Made by a program: the position numbers and the translations under genes. DNA of 64,000 bases, taken from positions 50,248 to 114,247 of the forward strand of contig JAFZOS010000042.1 of the NCBI GenBank assembly GCA_017550535.1, written 5' to 3'. A model generated the notes under the pieces. The model made no database searches. It was not told where the DNA came from and saw only the letters and a list, made by a program, of their open reading frames with translations. Origin of the DNA: Lachnospiraceae bacterium. GTDB taxonomy: Bacteria > Bacillota > Clostridia > Lachnospirales > Lachnospiraceae. This document shows positions 10,528-20,352 of the stretch, one piece after another (within the stretch, counting starts at the first letter, position 1; each line of letters begins with the position of its first letter).

Positions 10528-11934
10528 ATGCTTCCGATAGATTACCGCATAAGGATGAAGGATCTCCTTGAGGACGAGTACGATGACTTTATTGAAAGTC
10601 TGGAAGCACCGGAATATAAGGCGCTGCGCCTGAATCCGCTTAAGGCGGACCGGGCGCAGCTTCTTGCGTTTCTTACAGACCTTGAGAATGAATTCCCGGG
10701 AAAGCTTATGATAGAACGCGAACCCGTACCGTGGGAACGGTATGGGTTCTATTATACTCTGTTAAAAGATGTAAGTGATGATTCGGATAAGCCCATAGGA
10801 CCGGGAGTGAGCCCCCTGCATGAGGCGGGAGCCTATTACATACAGGAGCCAAGCGCGATGAAGCCTGTGAGTCTTATGGATATATGCCCGGGTGACAGGG
10901 TGCTGGATATGTGTGCGGCTCCGGGAGGAAAGTCAACGCAGATAGCGGCCGCGCTTAACGGAGAAGGCATTCTCTTGTCCAATGAATATGTTCGTTCAAG
11001 GGCGCTTATACTGTCTTCGAATATCGAGCGCATGGGCGTAAAAAATTCATTGGTGCTCAATGAGACACCGGAGAGGATCGGAAGTGTATTTGCCGGTTAT
11101 TTTGACAGGATACTGGTGGATGCCCCTTGTTCCGGTGAGGGGATGTTCAGAAAAAACGATCAGGCCATAGAGCAGTGGAGCCTTGATAATGTAAGGATGT
11201 GCGCAAAAAGGCAGGATGAGATACTGGATCATGTATCAGGGGCGCTTCGATACGGCGGTATCCTTGTTTATTCCACCTGTACGTTTTCGCCGGAGGAGGA
11301 TGAGGAATGTGTATCCCGTTTTCTTAATGCGCATCCGGAATATGAGCTTATAAAAATGGAAAAGCTTTTTCCCCACAAGGTAAAAGGTGAAGGACATTTT
11401 ATGGCAAAGCTCAGCAGGGGCACATATAAGGAGCGGGAGGCTCATTATCCCGAAGCATTGGATGGGCAGCAGGGCAGGGCGCGTAAAAGAACGGCCCGTG
11501 ATGAACGCATCAGGGAGTTTCGGGAATTCTGCGAGGGAATGCTTACAGATGCGGCATTTTTGACATCGGATGCGGCAGCAGGGCGCCTTACGTTTTTTGG
11601 TGACAACTTATATCTTGTGCCGGAAGGAAGTCCGCAGCTTGACGGACTTAAGACAGTCAGACCGGGCCTGCATCTGGGGATGTTTTTGAAGAACAGGTTT
11701 GAACCGGCTCATGCATGGGCGATGTCGCTTTGGAAGGGCGATGTTCGCAATGCAGTTAACATAACATATGATGAGGCTGTATCGTATTTATCCGGCATGA
11801 CTCTTACATGTGAAGGTGAAAGCGGATGGTGTCTTGTATGTTATAATGGTATCAGCCTCGGCTGGGGCAAACGGGCCGGGAATGTTATTAAGAACCATTA
11901 TCCGAAGGGATTACGGAAGAATTGGAGCGTGTAA
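10528..11934 (+). CDS. RsmB/RsmF (NOL1/NOP2/Sun) family rRNA cytosine-C5 methyltransferase
   Basis: 468 aa. SAM-binding motif DMCAAPGGKSTQ, catalytic DAPCSGEGMFRK and YSTCTF. GAGGAGAG RBS present. Confidence 0.9.
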   Translation: MLPIDYRIRMKDLLEDEYDDFIESLEAPEYKALRLNPLKADRAQLLAFLTDLENEFPGKLMIEREPVPWERYGFYYTLLKDVSDDSDKPIGPGVSPLHEAGAYYIQEPSAMKPVSLMDICPGDRVLDMCAAPGGKSTQIAAALNGEGILLSNEYVRSRALILSSNIERMGVKNSLVLNETPERIGSVFAGYFDRILVDAPCSGEGMFRKNDQAIEQWSLDNVRMCAKRQDEILDHVSGALRYGGILVYSTCTFSPEEDEECVSRFLNAHPEYELIKMEKLFPHKVKGEGHFMAKLSRGTYKEREAHYPEALDGQQGRARKRTARDERIREFREFCEGMLTDAAFLTSDAAAGRLTFFGDNLYLVPEGSPQLDGLKTVRPGLHLGMFLKNRFEPAHAWAMSLWKGDVRNAVNITYDEAVSYLSGMTLTCEGESGWCLVCYNGISLGWGKRAGNVIKNHYPKGLRKNWSV

Positions 11935-12269
11935 TGAGCGAACATATGCATGACTGTGACAACCTGCTAAAGACGCTGGCGGATGTGCCGCCGGAGGAGG
12001 AACTGTATGATCTTGCGGACTTTTTCAAGGTTTTTGCAGATTGTACCAGGATAAGGATATTGTGTACACTGCTGTGCGGAGAGATGTGCGTAAGCGACAT
12101 CGGGCAGGCACTTCAGATGACCCAGTCGGCCATATCCCATCAGCTGCGTGTGCTTAAGCAGGCAAAGCTCGTGAAAAACCGCAGGGAAGGCAAGACGATA
12201 TACTATTCGCTTTCGGACGGGCATATTATAAGTATTCTCAGTCAGGGGCTTGAGCATATCGAAGAATAG
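11934..12269 (+). CDS. ArsR/SmtB-family metal-sensing repressor (CzrA/SmtB-like alpha5 site)
   Basis: wHTH motif CTRIRILCTLL..MCVSDIGQALQMTQSAISHQLRVLKQAKLV. The C-terminal D-G-H-x10-H-x2-E pattern (SDGHIISILSQGLEHIEE) matches the DxHx10Hx2E alpha5 Zn site. I chose the ATG at 11934 (GGAG RBS); the track ORF starts at a TTG at 11922. Confidence 0.88.
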   Translation: MSEHMHDCDNLLKTLADVPPEEELYDLADFFKVFADCTRIRILCTLLCGEMCVSDIGQALQMTQSAISHQLRVLKQAKLVKNRREGKTIYYSLSDGHIISILSQGLEHIEE

Positions 12270-12317
12270 TTATATATTAATAATATATGATTACATATGG
12301 ATCGGAGGGTTGCGATT

Positions 12318-12869
12318 ATGTCATGGGAAGGAATAAAAAACAAAATATCCGATACTAATGATCTTTTGGTCAACAAAACCAGGGCTTTTGCCGAATCGGT
12401 CAGGATTAAGGGCACCTTGCGCGATATGGAAAAGGACAGGGATAAGCTCTTTTCCGAACTCGGAAAGATGTTTTATGATGACCGGTATGGCAGGATGAAG
12501 GTAAAGACCCTTGAGAAGAAGCTTACCGAGCTGTCTGACGGTGATCCCAAGAAGGATATAGTGGAAAAGGTGCTCGAGCTTAAGCAGAGTGAGGTCGCTC
12601 TTGCCGAAATGGAAAAAGAGAGGAAGCGCCTTATGGGATATACCAAATGTCCGGCGTGCGGGGCCGATGTTGCTCCCGATTCCGAGTTCTGTATCGAATG
12701 CGGTATAAGGGTAGTAAGGGATGAAGCAGCACCTGAGCCTGATGAGTCTGAAGTTTCGGAAACGGCTGATGATGCCGCTGATGATATCAGTGATACCGCC
12801 GACGAAGAGGAAACGGAAAGTGAAGCGGAAACGGATGCTGAAGAGGACGCCGATAAGACGGAGGATTGA
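12318..12869 (+). CDS. Zinc-ribbon protein with coiled-coil N-terminal half and acidic tail
   Basis: CPACGADVAPDSEFCIECG is a CxxC..CxxC ribbon. The N-terminal ~110 aa are helical and charged; the C-terminus is D/E-rich. I chose the ATG at 12318, preceded by GGAGGG. Confidence 0.7.
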   Translation: MSWEGIKNKISDTNDLLVNKTRAFAESVRIKGTLRDMEKDRDKLFSELGKMFYDDRYGRMKVKTLEKKLTELSDGDPKKDIVEKVLELKQSEVALAEMEKERKRLMGYTKCPACGADVAPDSEFCIECGIRVVRDEAAPEPDESEVSETADDAADDISDTADEEETESEAETDAEEDADKTED

Positions 12870-12871
12870 TT

Positions 12872-14674
12872 ATGTATTGCACCAAATGCGGAATACAGTT
12901 AAAGGACGGATCTAAGTTTTGTCATAAGTGCGGAGCCAGATATGAGGAACCGGCCGATGTTGGTACCGATGCAGGCAGCAGTGACGGTAATACATCCGAT
13001 ATTACGGCCGAGGAACCGGCGTATGATTCTTCCGAAACACCGTATGATGATTATGATAAATACTTTGCATCGGTTGATGATCCCGTTGATAAAGGGAAAA
13101 GGAAGTACTATATAGTAGGCGCGATAGCGGTCGCGGCCCTGGTATTTCTTATCTGTTTCTGCAATACAAATACATTCAAACGGCTGTTTTATAAACCGGC
13201 TGATTACTACAGCTATGTCGAGAAAAGGAATGCCCGTAAGAATCTGGAACAGCTTGGCGGCTGGCTTGAAGCGGCGGGAATGGATGGCAGCAAAGATAAG
13301 GCTTCGGGCAGGGAAGAGTCACTGGAACTTAACATGTCCGATGATATACTCGATGCAATGTCTGATGCATTCGGCGTAGATGCAGATTTTCTTAAAAAAA
13401 TAAACATAACGGGCAAGTCCGCATTCTACGGTGATCTGTACAGCGGAAATTTAAATCTTTCGCTTGGTTCGGAACAGATAATCGCTTTAAATGCCATAAC
13501 CGATTCGGAGAATGATGAAGTTTACTTAAGGATCCCCGAGCTGAGCGATGATTATCTTAAGTTTAATGTGGGCGATGTCGAGTCGCTTATGGGAGGTTCG
13601 AAAAAATCCGGCAAAACCTTTGATAAGGATGATCCGCTCGCATATGCAAATATGATAGGAAAGCTCCCGAAGGCAGCTAAGCTTGTAAAAATAGCCAACA
13701 GGTACTCGGATATTGTTTTTGACAACATAGACGATGTTAAGAGATCCGGCAGGACATCGCTTGAAATGGGCGGCGTAGAACAGAAATGCTGGGTACTGAC
13801 CGTGAAACTTGATTATCGGGATCTAAAGAAACTCGGAGAAACCATAAGCTCGGAGTTTGAGGACGATAAGGACGCCGAATCCGTGATAAGGGAACTTGCG
13901 GAAAGCGTTGACATGGATGAGGATGATGCATGGGAGGAGGCTGTAAAAGCGGTTGATGACCTTACGGATATCCTCGCTGACTTTGCAGGAACTAAGATGA
14001 AGGTATATGTTGACAGCAAGGGCCGCGTCATAGCAAGGGAGATCGAAGCCGGCGAGGACGGCGAGGTTACGGTTACATACGGGCGTACGATCCACGGAAG
14101 GGAGTTCGGCGCGCTCATCGATGTAGATATAGATGGTGAAAGTTATACTGTTGAAGGCAGCGGAAGGAAATCCGGTGAAATGTATTCCGGTGATTTCACA
14201 CTGGGCGGAACGGATATCGATTCGATCGGCTTTACGCTCAATTCTTTCGACCATAAGTCATTTAATAAGCAGAAGATAAACGGTGAGGTATCAATAAAGG
14301 CGGGAGACATAATGGATGCTTTTGATATTGATTATCCCGGGATTTCGCTTATAGAGGATTATCTTGCAGTCATATCCGTTAAGGCTAAGGATACGAAGGC
14401 ATATGAGATTGGTTTCAAACTGGCGGATGCCAAATCGGAGCCTCTTTCATGCACATATGCTTTCAAGGATACGGGTGCTTCAAAGATAAGTATACCGGAT
14501 GATGCGATATTGGTCGAAAAAGCATCGGATCTTAAGGGCTATCTTGAAGATGCCGATTTTGACCGGGTGGAAGGCAACCTTGAAAGGGCCGGTGTTCCCG
14601 AGAGTATTACAAGGTATTTCAGTTATATTCAGCGGCTGTCGGATTATATTGATTATCTGGACATGTTCTATTGA
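12872..14674 (+). CDS. Zinc-ribbon / single-TM protein with large extracytoplasmic domain
   Basis: The N-terminus has YCTKCGIQLKDGSKFCHKCG, then an acidic linker, one TM (IVGAIAVAALVFLICF) and a ~500-aa domain of unknown function. ATG at 12872 follows GGAGGA. Confidence 0.72.
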   Translation: MYCTKCGIQLKDGSKFCHKCGARYEEPADVGTDAGSSDGNTSDITAEEPAYDSSETPYDDYDKYFASVDDPVDKGKRKYYIVGAIAVAALVFLICFCNTNTFKRLFYKPADYYSYVEKRNARKNLEQLGGWLEAAGMDGSKDKASGREESLELNMSDDILDAMSDAFGVDADFLKKINITGKSAFYGDLYSGNLNLSLGSEQIIALNAITDSENDEVYLRIPELSDDYLKFNVGDVESLMGGSKKSGKTFDKDDPLAYANMIGKLPKAAKLVKIANRYSDIVFDNIDDVKRSGRTSLEMGGVEQKCWVLTVKLDYRDLKKLGETISSEFEDDKDAESVIRELAESVDMDEDDAWEEAVKAVDDLTDILADFAGTKMKVYVDSKGRVIAREIEAGEDGEVTVTYGRTIHGREFGALIDVDIDGESYTVEGSGRKSGEMYSGDFTLGGTDIDSIGFTLNSFDHKSFNKQKINGEVSIKAGDIMDAFDIDYPGISLIEDYLAVISVKAKDTKAYEIGFKLADAKSEPLSCTYAFKDTGASKISIPDDAILVEKASDLKGYLEDADFDRVEGNLERAGVPESITRYFSYIQRLSDYIDYLDMFY

Positions 14675-14702
14675 TAACTGTTGATCTGTAAAGGAATGTT
14701 AT

Positions 14703-15371
14703 ATGAAGATCGAACTTAAGCATATCTCCAAGGATTACGGAAGGAAGAATGTGCTTTCGGACGTATCGGCAGAAGCGGAGAGTGGATCCTGCGTCGGGAT
14801 TTTGGGCGGAAACGGCTGCGGGAAATCCACTCTTTTGTCTGTACTTGCCGGTATAAGGAAGCCTACATCCGGAAGTTTTATTTGTGACGGACACGACATT
14901 TTCGGGGACAGGCGTCTCATGTCAAGGATTATAGGCTACGTGCCTCAGGGGACACCTCTTATCGAAGAACTGAGTGCCCGTGATAACCTGCGCATATTTT
15001 ATGACAATGACGGACTTAAGAGAGAACTTGAGCAGGGGACGCTTAAGCTGCTCGGGATCGATGAGTATATAAACGTACCGGTAAGGAAAATGTCCGGCGG
15101 TATGAAGAAAAGGCTGTCCATAGGATGTGCGGTTGCCAATCATCCGCCTGTCCTCATACTGGACGAACCTTCGGCTGCACTCGATCTTATCTGCAAGCAG
15201 AGCATTAACGGCTATCTTGCGGCTTATAAGCGGAACGGAGGTATTATCCTGCTTGCCACACACGATGAGGAAGAATTGAAATTGTGTGATAAATGGTACA
15301 TATTAAAAAATGGCATATCGGTGCCGTATGAATATGACGGTAATGTTGATAAGCTGATAAGGAACTTTTGA
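14703..15371 (+). CDS. ABC transporter ATP-binding protein
   Basis: Walker A GGNGCGKST, signature MSGGMKKRLSIG, Walker B ILILDEPSAALD. Confidence 0.92.
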   Translation: MKIELKHISKDYGRKNVLSDVSAEAESGSCVGILGGNGCGKSTLLSVLAGIRKPTSGSFICDGHDIFGDRRLMSRIIGYVPQGTPLIEELSARDNLRIFYDNDGLKRELEQGTLKLLGIDEYINVPVRKMSGGMKKRLSIGCAVANHPPVLILDEPSAALDLICKQSINGYLAAYKRNGGIILLATHDEEELKLCDKWYILKNGISVPYEYDGNVDKLIRNF

Positions 15372-16612
15372 TGAGGAAGACGTTAGTATATCTGTGGCTT
15401 CAGGTTAAAAAGGCAGTGAAGGCCCTGCCGGCAGTTGCCGTTACCGCACTTGTCATATCCGGCGCGATCGTACTCCTTTTTTTCATGATGAAGAGCATAG
15501 GCAATATAACAGATCCCGATGAACCGCTGAAGGTCGGCATTGTGGGGAATACAAATGACGAGTATTTTGCGGTCGGGCTTGCTGCCATGAAGCATTTCGA
15601 TTCGTCAAGGTTTGCGGTCGAAATGGAGGAGCTTACCGAGGAGGAAGCACGGCGTCTTGTCATGAAAGGGGCCATATCCGGGTATGCTGTGATCCCCGAG
15701 GGTTTTGTTGATTCGATAATGACAGGCGAAAACAAAAAGATCACCCTGGTGACCACAAATGCATCCCGCGATCTTTTGTCAAGCCTTGTCATTGAATTTA
15801 CCGATCAGATATCGGGTTATCTTCTTGAGACCCAGAATTCCATATACGGTCTGTCTTCCTATCTAAATGATGCGGGCATTACGGACAGGAGCGCGGCGAT
15901 CAATGAGATCAATCTATTTTATGTAAACCTTGTCATGAGGAGGGATGATCTGTTTGAGCCGATCGAGATCATAGATGAGGGCAGCAGCGTTTCCCAGGCT
16001 GCGGGTTACATCTGCGGTCTGACTATCTTTCTTGTAATGCTTTTCGGCATAGCGTATTCTCCTGTTTATACAAGGCGTGAACTGTCTCTTAATGCGGTTC
16101 TGCGTTCTCGCGGTGTCGGAACCGTGAGGCAGTCGCTTTGCGAATATCTGTCTTATCTTCTTGTAATGCTCCTGTGCATAATTCCCATAATAAGTGCCCT
16201 GGTATTTGCCATTCATGGTTCGGGTATCGTTATAGCCGAATGGGAGAGCGGATTTATTGAGGATTATATCTATTTTGTGGCGGGTTATATTCCGGTCATC
16301 ATCATGTTTGCGTCTATGCAGTATATGCTGTTTCTCGCCGCGGATAACTTCATCGCGGGCGTCAGCCTTCAGTTCATATGCTCCGTCTTGCTTGCATATC
16401 TCGGAGGGTGCCTGTATCCCCTTTCCTTCTTCCCGGAGATGATCAGGAAACTGGCGCCGTACCAGCCTGCAGGGGCGGCATATGAACATCTTTCGCGTAT
16501 CCTGCTTGTAAAAGATACGGGAGGCCCGCTTATAAAGATGGGTATTTATGCAGTCCTGTTTTTTGCGGTATCGATATTTATCATGAACAGGAGGCTTAAG
16601 TATGAGAAGTAA
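15371..16612 (+). CDS. ABC-2-type transporter permease
   Basis: N-terminal TM, a ~170-aa external loop, then 5 C-terminal TMs (typical ABC-2 topology). The ATG overlaps the ATPase stop (TGATG). Confidence 0.7.
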   Translation: MRKTLVYLWLQVKKAVKALPAVAVTALVISGAIVLLFFMMKSIGNITDPDEPLKVGIVGNTNDEYFAVGLAAMKHFDSSRFAVEMEELTEEEARRLVMKGAISGYAVIPEGFVDSIMTGENKKITLVTTNASRDLLSSLVIEFTDQISGYLLETQNSIYGLSSYLNDAGITDRSAAINEINLFYVNLVMRRDDLFEPIEIIDEGSSVSQAAGYICGLTIFLVMLFGIAYSPVYTRRELSLNAVLRSRGVGTVRQSLCEYLSYLLVMLLCIIPIISALVFAIHGSGIVIAEWESGFIEDYIYFVAGYIPVIIMFASMQYMLFLAADNFIAGVSLQFICSVLLAYLGGCLYPLSFFPEMIRKLAPYQPAGAAYEHLSRILLVKDTGGPLIKMGIYAVLFFAVSIFIMNRRLKYEK

Positions 16613-17747
16613 TTATCTTAAACTGTTCCTCCTTTTAAACAAAAGGCTGCTTAAGAAAAAAAGCTTTATCATAATTCTGTGCCTTATACCGCTTATGGTA
16701 TTTGGACTCAAGCTTGTTTCGGAAAGAGAGAGCGGAATAGTAAGGATAGCGCTGGTAAACGACGGCTCTCCCGAAGCGGGAGAAATAATTGACAGCCTGT
16801 TAAGCAGGGAATCCGTTTTCCTGTTTTACGGGTTTGATGATGAGGACAGTGCGATAGAAGCTCTTAAGGATAACCGTATTGATGCCGTATGGGTATTTCC
16901 GAAGGATTACGGCTTAAGGGTGTCGGGATATGCCGATAAGCTTACCGGTAAAGATGAAAAAAGGAAAGGCGAAAGGGTCGTTACCGTGATCGAAAGGGAA
17001 GACAATGTGCTGCTTCAGCTTTCAAGGATGGAATTGTTCGGCGCGCTTTATTCAGACCTTTCCTATACCCTGTTTAAGAATTACATAGAGCTTAAGTTCG
17101 CAGCTGGGGATGTTTCGGATGACACCCTTCACGGGTATTATGATAATAATGTTAATTCGGGAGAATTGTTTGATTATATGGACGGTGAGCCCGACGCCCT
17201 GCGGGGAGGGAGCAATTATCTGTTTGCGCCGCTTAAGGGAGTTCTTCTGCTTATTGTCCTGCTGGGCGGATTGGCAGCTTCCATGTATTACAGGGATGAC
17301 CTTGACAAGGAGATATTTACATGGATGCCGGTTGGAAATAAATGGATATTTGAGCATGTTTACCTTTTGACTGCGCTTATTGACTGTGCTTTGGTGGTGC
17401 TCGTCACCTTTTTTGCGACCGGGCTTGCCGTAAAGGCATGGCTTGAACTTATCCTGATGCTTGTATTTATCCTGTCGGGATGCTGTTTCTGCAGCATCAT
17501 AAGAAAGATAACACGCAGCTTAAAAAGCCTTGCGACATTCATACCCATACTTATGCTGCTCATGCTGGTGATATGTCCTGTGTTCATTTATCTTAGGCAG
17601 TTAAGGATGTTACAGCTTTTATTCCCGCCCACATACTATCTTATGGCTCCCAATAATGCTGATTATCTTAACTATTTTGTAATATATCTGTGCGTAACCA
17701 TAGCAGTTGATGTTTTGGCCGGGCTGGGTAGCAGATGTAGTAGTTGA
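16602..17747 (+). CDS. ABC-2-type transporter permease (second subunit)
   Basis: Same topology as the preceding gene. AGGAGG RBS, 11-nt overlap with the upstream gene. Confidence 0.7.
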   Translation: MRSNYLKLFLLLNKRLLKKKSFIIILCLIPLMVFGLKLVSERESGIVRIALVNDGSPEAGEIIDSLLSRESVFLFYGFDDEDSAIEALKDNRIDAVWVFPKDYGLRVSGYADKLTGKDEKRKGERVVTVIEREDNVLLQLSRMELFGALYSDLSYTLFKNYIELKFAAGDVSDDTLHGYYDNNVNSGELFDYMDGEPDALRGGSNYLFAPLKGVLLLIVLLGGLAASMYYRDDLDKEIFTWMPVGNKWIFEHVYLLTALIDCALVVLVTFFATGLAVKAWLELILMLVFILSGCCFCSIIRKITRSLKSLATFIPILMLLMLVICPVFIYLRQLRMLQLLFPPTYYLMAPNNADYLNYFVIYLCVTIAVDVLAGLGSRCSS

Positions 17748-17856
17748 AAAATATCATTTCTTCAATTATATTCATATTGTAGGGAGTTTATTTAGTGTGC
17801 CAGGGGAGTGACTATATCGGTCAATGGCATACAGGGGTAGTAATGAGGGCGAAGGG

Positions 17857-20352
17857 ATGGTTTACCAGACATTAAACGGTACATGGTTGATCAATGAGAA
17901 GGGTTCGGAGGCTTATATTGAAGGTAAGGTTCCGGGCTCTGTTTTGTCTGCGCTGCTTATACAGCACAGGCTGCAGGATCCGTTCTACGGACTTAACGAG
18001 TATTCGGCAAAGGAGATATTCAGAAGTGATTTTTATTTTACTCGTGAATTCGATGTAATGCCGGAGCTTTTGTCCCAGGAGCGGATTTATTTATGCTGTA
18101 AGGGTATTGATACACTTGCAAAGATATACATAAACGATATGCCCATAGGCCGTACGGAAAATATGCACAGGACCTATTATTTCAATATAACGGGTTATCT
18201 GCGTCCCGCCGGCAACCGGATCACCATTGAGATTGATTCTCCCCTCGAATACATTGAGAACATACGCCCGGGTCTTAACAAATCTGTCCATTTTGCTCCC
18301 GACGGCTGCCTGCCCGGGAATCAGTTTATAAGAAAGGCCCATTGTATGTTCGGATGGGACTGGGCCGCCCAGCTTCCCGACTGCGGTATCTGGAGGAGCA
18401 TAGACCTTGTAGGCTACAGTTATATAAAGCTTGATGAGGTTGAGATAATACAGCACCATGACAGGAAAAGTGTTAACCTTGAGATAAACGTGTCCGCGGA
18501 AGTGTTCAGGAAGGATCCGTTCATTATACAGGCTGAGCTTATCACTCCGGACGGAAGGATACTTGCCATAACCGAGACGATGACGGACGGACACTGCAGC
18601 ATGAACATGGAGATCGAGAGTCCCAAGATATGGTGGCCAAACGGTTTTGGCGAACATCCGCTTTATACCGTCAGTGTTTATGCGCTTGATATGAATGGAA
18701 ACCAGTGGGATTCAAAGACATACAGGATAGGCCTGCGTACGATCACCATCAGCCGTGACGGTGATGAATGGGGCAGGGAATTCTGCTTTAAGGTAAACGG
18801 CATCAAGATATTTGCCATGGGTGCCGATTATGTGCCGGAGGATTCCATTTATTCGTTCATTACAAAAGAAAAGATCGATTATCTCCTTAAGGGATGTGTG
18901 AGGAGTAATTTCAACACTATAAGGGTGTGGGGAGGCGGTTACTATCCGTCGGATACATTCTATGATCTGTGCGATGAATACGGTCTCATCGTATGGCAGG
19001 ACTTAATGTTCGCATCCAATCTATATGAACTTAATGAGGATTTCCGCAAAAATGTTGAGGCGGAGATAACAGATAACTTAAAGAGGATCAGGAATCATGC
19101 CTGCCTTGGGCTTATATGCGGAAACGATGAGGCTGAGTGGTCATGGGTAAGCCGCGACGAAGTGCGTTCTCATTCGCAGCAGCTGCGTGCCGATTACCAG
19201 AGGCTGTTTGAGGAGATCTGCCCGGGCCTTGTAAGCGAATACGCTCCGACCACATTCTACTGGCCGTCATCGCCATCGACCGGAGGCGGATTTTTAAATC
19301 CTAACGATGAAAGCAACGGTGACTGCCATTACTGGGGTGTATGGCATGGCCTTGAACCGGTAGATGAGTATAATAATCACACCATGCGGTTCTGTTCGGG
19401 ATTCGGATTCCAGTCCTATCCGTCGGTTAAGACCATTAAATCGTTTACAAAGGAATCGGACAGGAATGTTTTTTCCGAAGTTATGGAGAGTCACCAGAAG
19501 GACGAGGGCGCAGGCGGCAGGATGCTTCAGTATCTTTCACAGGAATTCCTGTATCCCAAGGATTTCGACAGCCTGTTATACATAACCCAGGTAATGCAGG
19601 GACTTGCGGTCAAAAAGGCCGTGGAGCATTTCAGGAGGAACAGGGGACGCTGCATGGGTGCCCTTTACTGGCAGCTTAATGACTGCTGGCCTGTTGCTTC
19701 GTGGTCGAGCATCGATTATTTCGGCAGGTATAAGGCTCTGCAGTATATGGCCAGAAACTTCTATGCTTCTGTAGCGGGTTCCATCCTTCGTGACGGCAAT
19801 AAGGTTTCCGTTTATATTCAGAACGAGACAAGGGATATAGAGGTACGCCGCGTAAAGATAAGCCTCCAGACCTTCGAGTTCCGTCTGCTTCATGAAGTTG
19901 AGTACGAGGTTGAGATCAAACCGTTTGAGGCGGTAAAGGTGTGCGAGATCAATTATACGCCATACATTGAGGGACTTGAGAATCGCGTGTTCATGGAGGC
20001 TAATTTCATAGATGAGGATGATAACGTCGTTCAGACGGAGACCGAAGTCTTTGTTCCCTATAAGAGGCTTGCGCTTGATCTGTCAAGTATCTCATATTCG
20101 GTGATCGAGCTGGTCGACGAATATGTGATAAGGATGATGTCAGGCGGTTTCGCGGCGTTTGTTGAACTTGATCTTAAACAGGCGGATGCGATATTCTCGG
20201 ATAACTACTTCCACCTTACAAGTAAGCGCGAAAAGGCGATACGGCTTAAGAAATCGGATATACGTTACTTACAGTACGGCGCACCCGAAATACAGAACGG
20301 GTACGAACTCGAGCAGCAGCTCGTGATCCGAAGTTTGAAGGATACTTTTTAA
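17857..20352 (+). CDS. Glycoside hydrolase family 2, beta-mannosidase-like
   Basis: About 830 aa. N-terminal LNGTW..VPGSV..DPFYGLNE and YWQLNDCWPVASWSSIDYFGRYKALQY are typical of GH2 beta-mannosidases. I chose the ATG at 17857 (GAGGG..AAGGG upstream); the track start is 17824. Confidence 0.82.
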   Translation: MVYQTLNGTWLINEKGSEAYIEGKVPGSVLSALLIQHRLQDPFYGLNEYSAKEIFRSDFYFTREFDVMPELLSQERIYLCCKGIDTLAKIYINDMPIGRTENMHRTYYFNITGYLRPAGNRITIEIDSPLEYIENIRPGLNKSVHFAPDGCLPGNQFIRKAHCMFGWDWAAQLPDCGIWRSIDLVGYSYIKLDEVEIIQHHDRKSVNLEINVSAEVFRKDPFIIQAELITPDGRILAITETMTDGHCSMNMEIESPKIWWPNGFGEHPLYTVSVYALDMNGNQWDSKTYRIGLRTITISRDGDEWGREFCFKVNGIKIFAMGADYVPEDSIYSFITKEKIDYLLKGCVRSNFNTIRVWGGGYYPSDTFYDLCDEYGLIVWQDLMFASNLYELNEDFRKNVEAEITDNLKRIRNHACLGLICGNDEAEWSWVSRDEVRSHSQQLRADYQRLFEEICPGLVSEYAPTTFYWPSSPSTGGGFLNPNDESNGDCHYWGVWHGLEPVDEYNNHTMRFCSGFGFQSYPSVKTIKSFTKESDRNVFSEVMESHQKDEGAGGRMLQYLSQEFLYPKDFDSLLYITQVMQGLAVKKAVEHFRRNRGRCMGALYWQLNDCWPVASWSSIDYFGRYKALQYMARNFYASVAGSILRDGNKVSVYIQNETRDIEVRRVKISLQTFEFRLLHEVEYEVEIKPFEAVKVCEINYTPYIEGLENRVFMEANFIDEDDNVVQTETEVFVPYKRLALDLSSISYSVIELVDEYVIRMMSGGFAAFVELDLKQADAIFSDNYFHLTSKREKAIRLKKSDIRYLQYGAPEIQNGYELEQQLVIRSLKDTF

